A stretch of DNA of 64,000 nucleotides from Botryllus schlosseri. Lineage: Eukaryota. The translations under genes and the position numbers were made by a program. Below the pieces are notes generated by a model. The model worked only from the letters and a program-made list of their open reading frames with translations. It was not told the DNA's origin and did not search any database. Where the stretch lies: NCBI GenBank assembly GCA_051294905.1, contig CM119371.1:40860001-40924000 (forward strand), read 5' to 3'. Shown here in pieces: positions 62,412 through 64,000 of this stretch (within the stretch, counting starts at the first letter, position 1; each line of letters starts with the position of its first letter).

Positions 62412-64000
62412 TACCATAATATTTGGTCGATGGGTTGATGACTTTCAGCAGTTAATCAGAAGTGGGTACTTTTGAAATTGCAACACGTATTTTCGCGACT
62501 AACGCAAAATGACTACTGACACCGCACGTATAAGGTGAAATTTTCGAAAATATATTCAGTTACCGCGAAACAGAAGCTATTTCGCGGGATTTTTTTATGG
62601 CAATTGCACTCAAAAAATTAATACAAACTATGACAAAACTAATTTGTTCTTTATAAAATCAAAAGCGTGAAAGTTAGTAGGTTTTCGTAAAAAACTTCTG
62701 AAGTAGAACAGGAGTAGGCTAAAAGCATAACGACTGGAGTAAGCACTTCAAGCAAAGATCAAATTTACTCCTGTACTTCGAAGAAGTAGAAATCCTCCGT
62801 TACTGACCAACTCGGGGTATAGTGACATACAAAAGCCTGCTGCAAAATTGTGTTGGATGCCGAAAACAAATTAAAATCGATACACTATTAAACATTATAA
62901 TTAGATAAAGTCCGCCAATAGTCGTGTTCTGATTCGGTGCTTCATATGTTACGCTGTGTATCTAATATAACAGCATCATATCACCAGCAGATGAAACATG
63001 CAGAATTGTTTATTATTGAAAAGTATTCGTAAGATAATGCCTTGCTTTCAACCTCCCAGCTCAGATCACGCTTGCGAAAACCTTGCGTGCAGCGTGTCCA
63101 TCGAAAATGATTCATCCGACGGAATTTGGCGTGTATGATTGAATTTGAAGCGGCCCCTTCCTTAAAATCATAAACCGTAAACCGAAAACAGCTTTGGTAG
63201 GAAATTAGTCTCTGCAATTGACGCCCACAATTGAAACTCCGACAAAGCGAATCCGCAAATGATAAACTCCTTGCGGCGTGCGAATGAAAGGGGGACTTAT
63301 CTCCCTGCTCGAGTGATGTCCCGTTCCCACAGAACCACCTGAGAGCGATTCCAACACCGGGTACGCGGCGTTCAAATTGGACAATTGAAATATTTCTACC
63401 CATACACCGTGTCTGGGTTATTACAGACATCATTATTTATAGCATGTATTGAGATAACGTGACCATAACCAAGCTATGAAAAGGATTTATGATATTTCTC
63501 ACGCTGATGTAAAATGACAACTTGAAATTAGCACCTGGGCCAGAACTAATACTCGAGTAAAAAATAGTGCCGTAATGCAATCATCGTACAACAACCCTAC
63601 AAGTCGTATAGCCTGAACGGTTGACGAATGACGATATACGCATCGTACGACGTTGAGTATTGCTACGATGACATTACGAACCGTGGGTCATTGTGGGGCT
63701 ATAGAGATTGTACAATTCGGAAGCCCCTTTCGTCGAAGGAGCCATATTTACCTTATATTTTCAATGGTCAATGCCAATCCACTGTGACCCTACACAACGA
63801 ATATAATACGAATGTCATGATAACCGAGTAAACTACTCCAGAATCTAAGTATAATGAGTGATATTACACAATATTATTGCACAAGTAATACACCATACTC
63901 TTCAATACCTTCTTTATGCATGGATGCCAGTCTTTTTTTATCATGAATTCAATTCTATCCATCGCCGTGAGAAACCTTCGCGCGATTGTTCTGCTCCATT

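Noticed and set aside
62981..63433. 150-aa minus-strand ORF
   Set aside because: No recognisable domain, Arg/Ser/Cys-rich random-like composition and no convincing splice partner. It cannot be fully excluded as an exon.

Overview
This is eukaryotic, repeat-rich animal genomic DNA. A marine invertebrate, possibly a tunicate, is an inference from the repeat landscape and protein style, not something the sequence proves. The only confidently named gene is Bicaudal-C (BicC/BICC1; KH domains + SAM) on the + strand. It is encoded almost entirely by one ~3.9 kb coding exon (43842-47747), spliced to a short terminal exon (48970-49212) that supplies the conserved C-terminal SGxW motif. Manual reading adds two things the ORF track does not show: a degraded NACHT/NLR-type NTPase pseudogene on the - strand (~7897-9480), split by a SINE that is itself split by a hAT MITE; and a chain of phase-compatible + strand exons (core 16972-19995) of an unrecognised gene. 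Much of the remaining non-coding sequence is a nested patchwork of non-autonomous hAT-type MITEs with 8-bp TSDs, a Tc2-like MITE, two ~600-bp near-perfect palindromes, three tRNA-derived SINE families, CR1/L2-group LINE remnants and a (GT)n microsatellite. I found no prokaryotic-type systems (CRISPR, operons) and no clear evidence of a wholly new biological system. The most unusual items are the BicC gene architecture, the hidden NACHT relic and the orphan gene.
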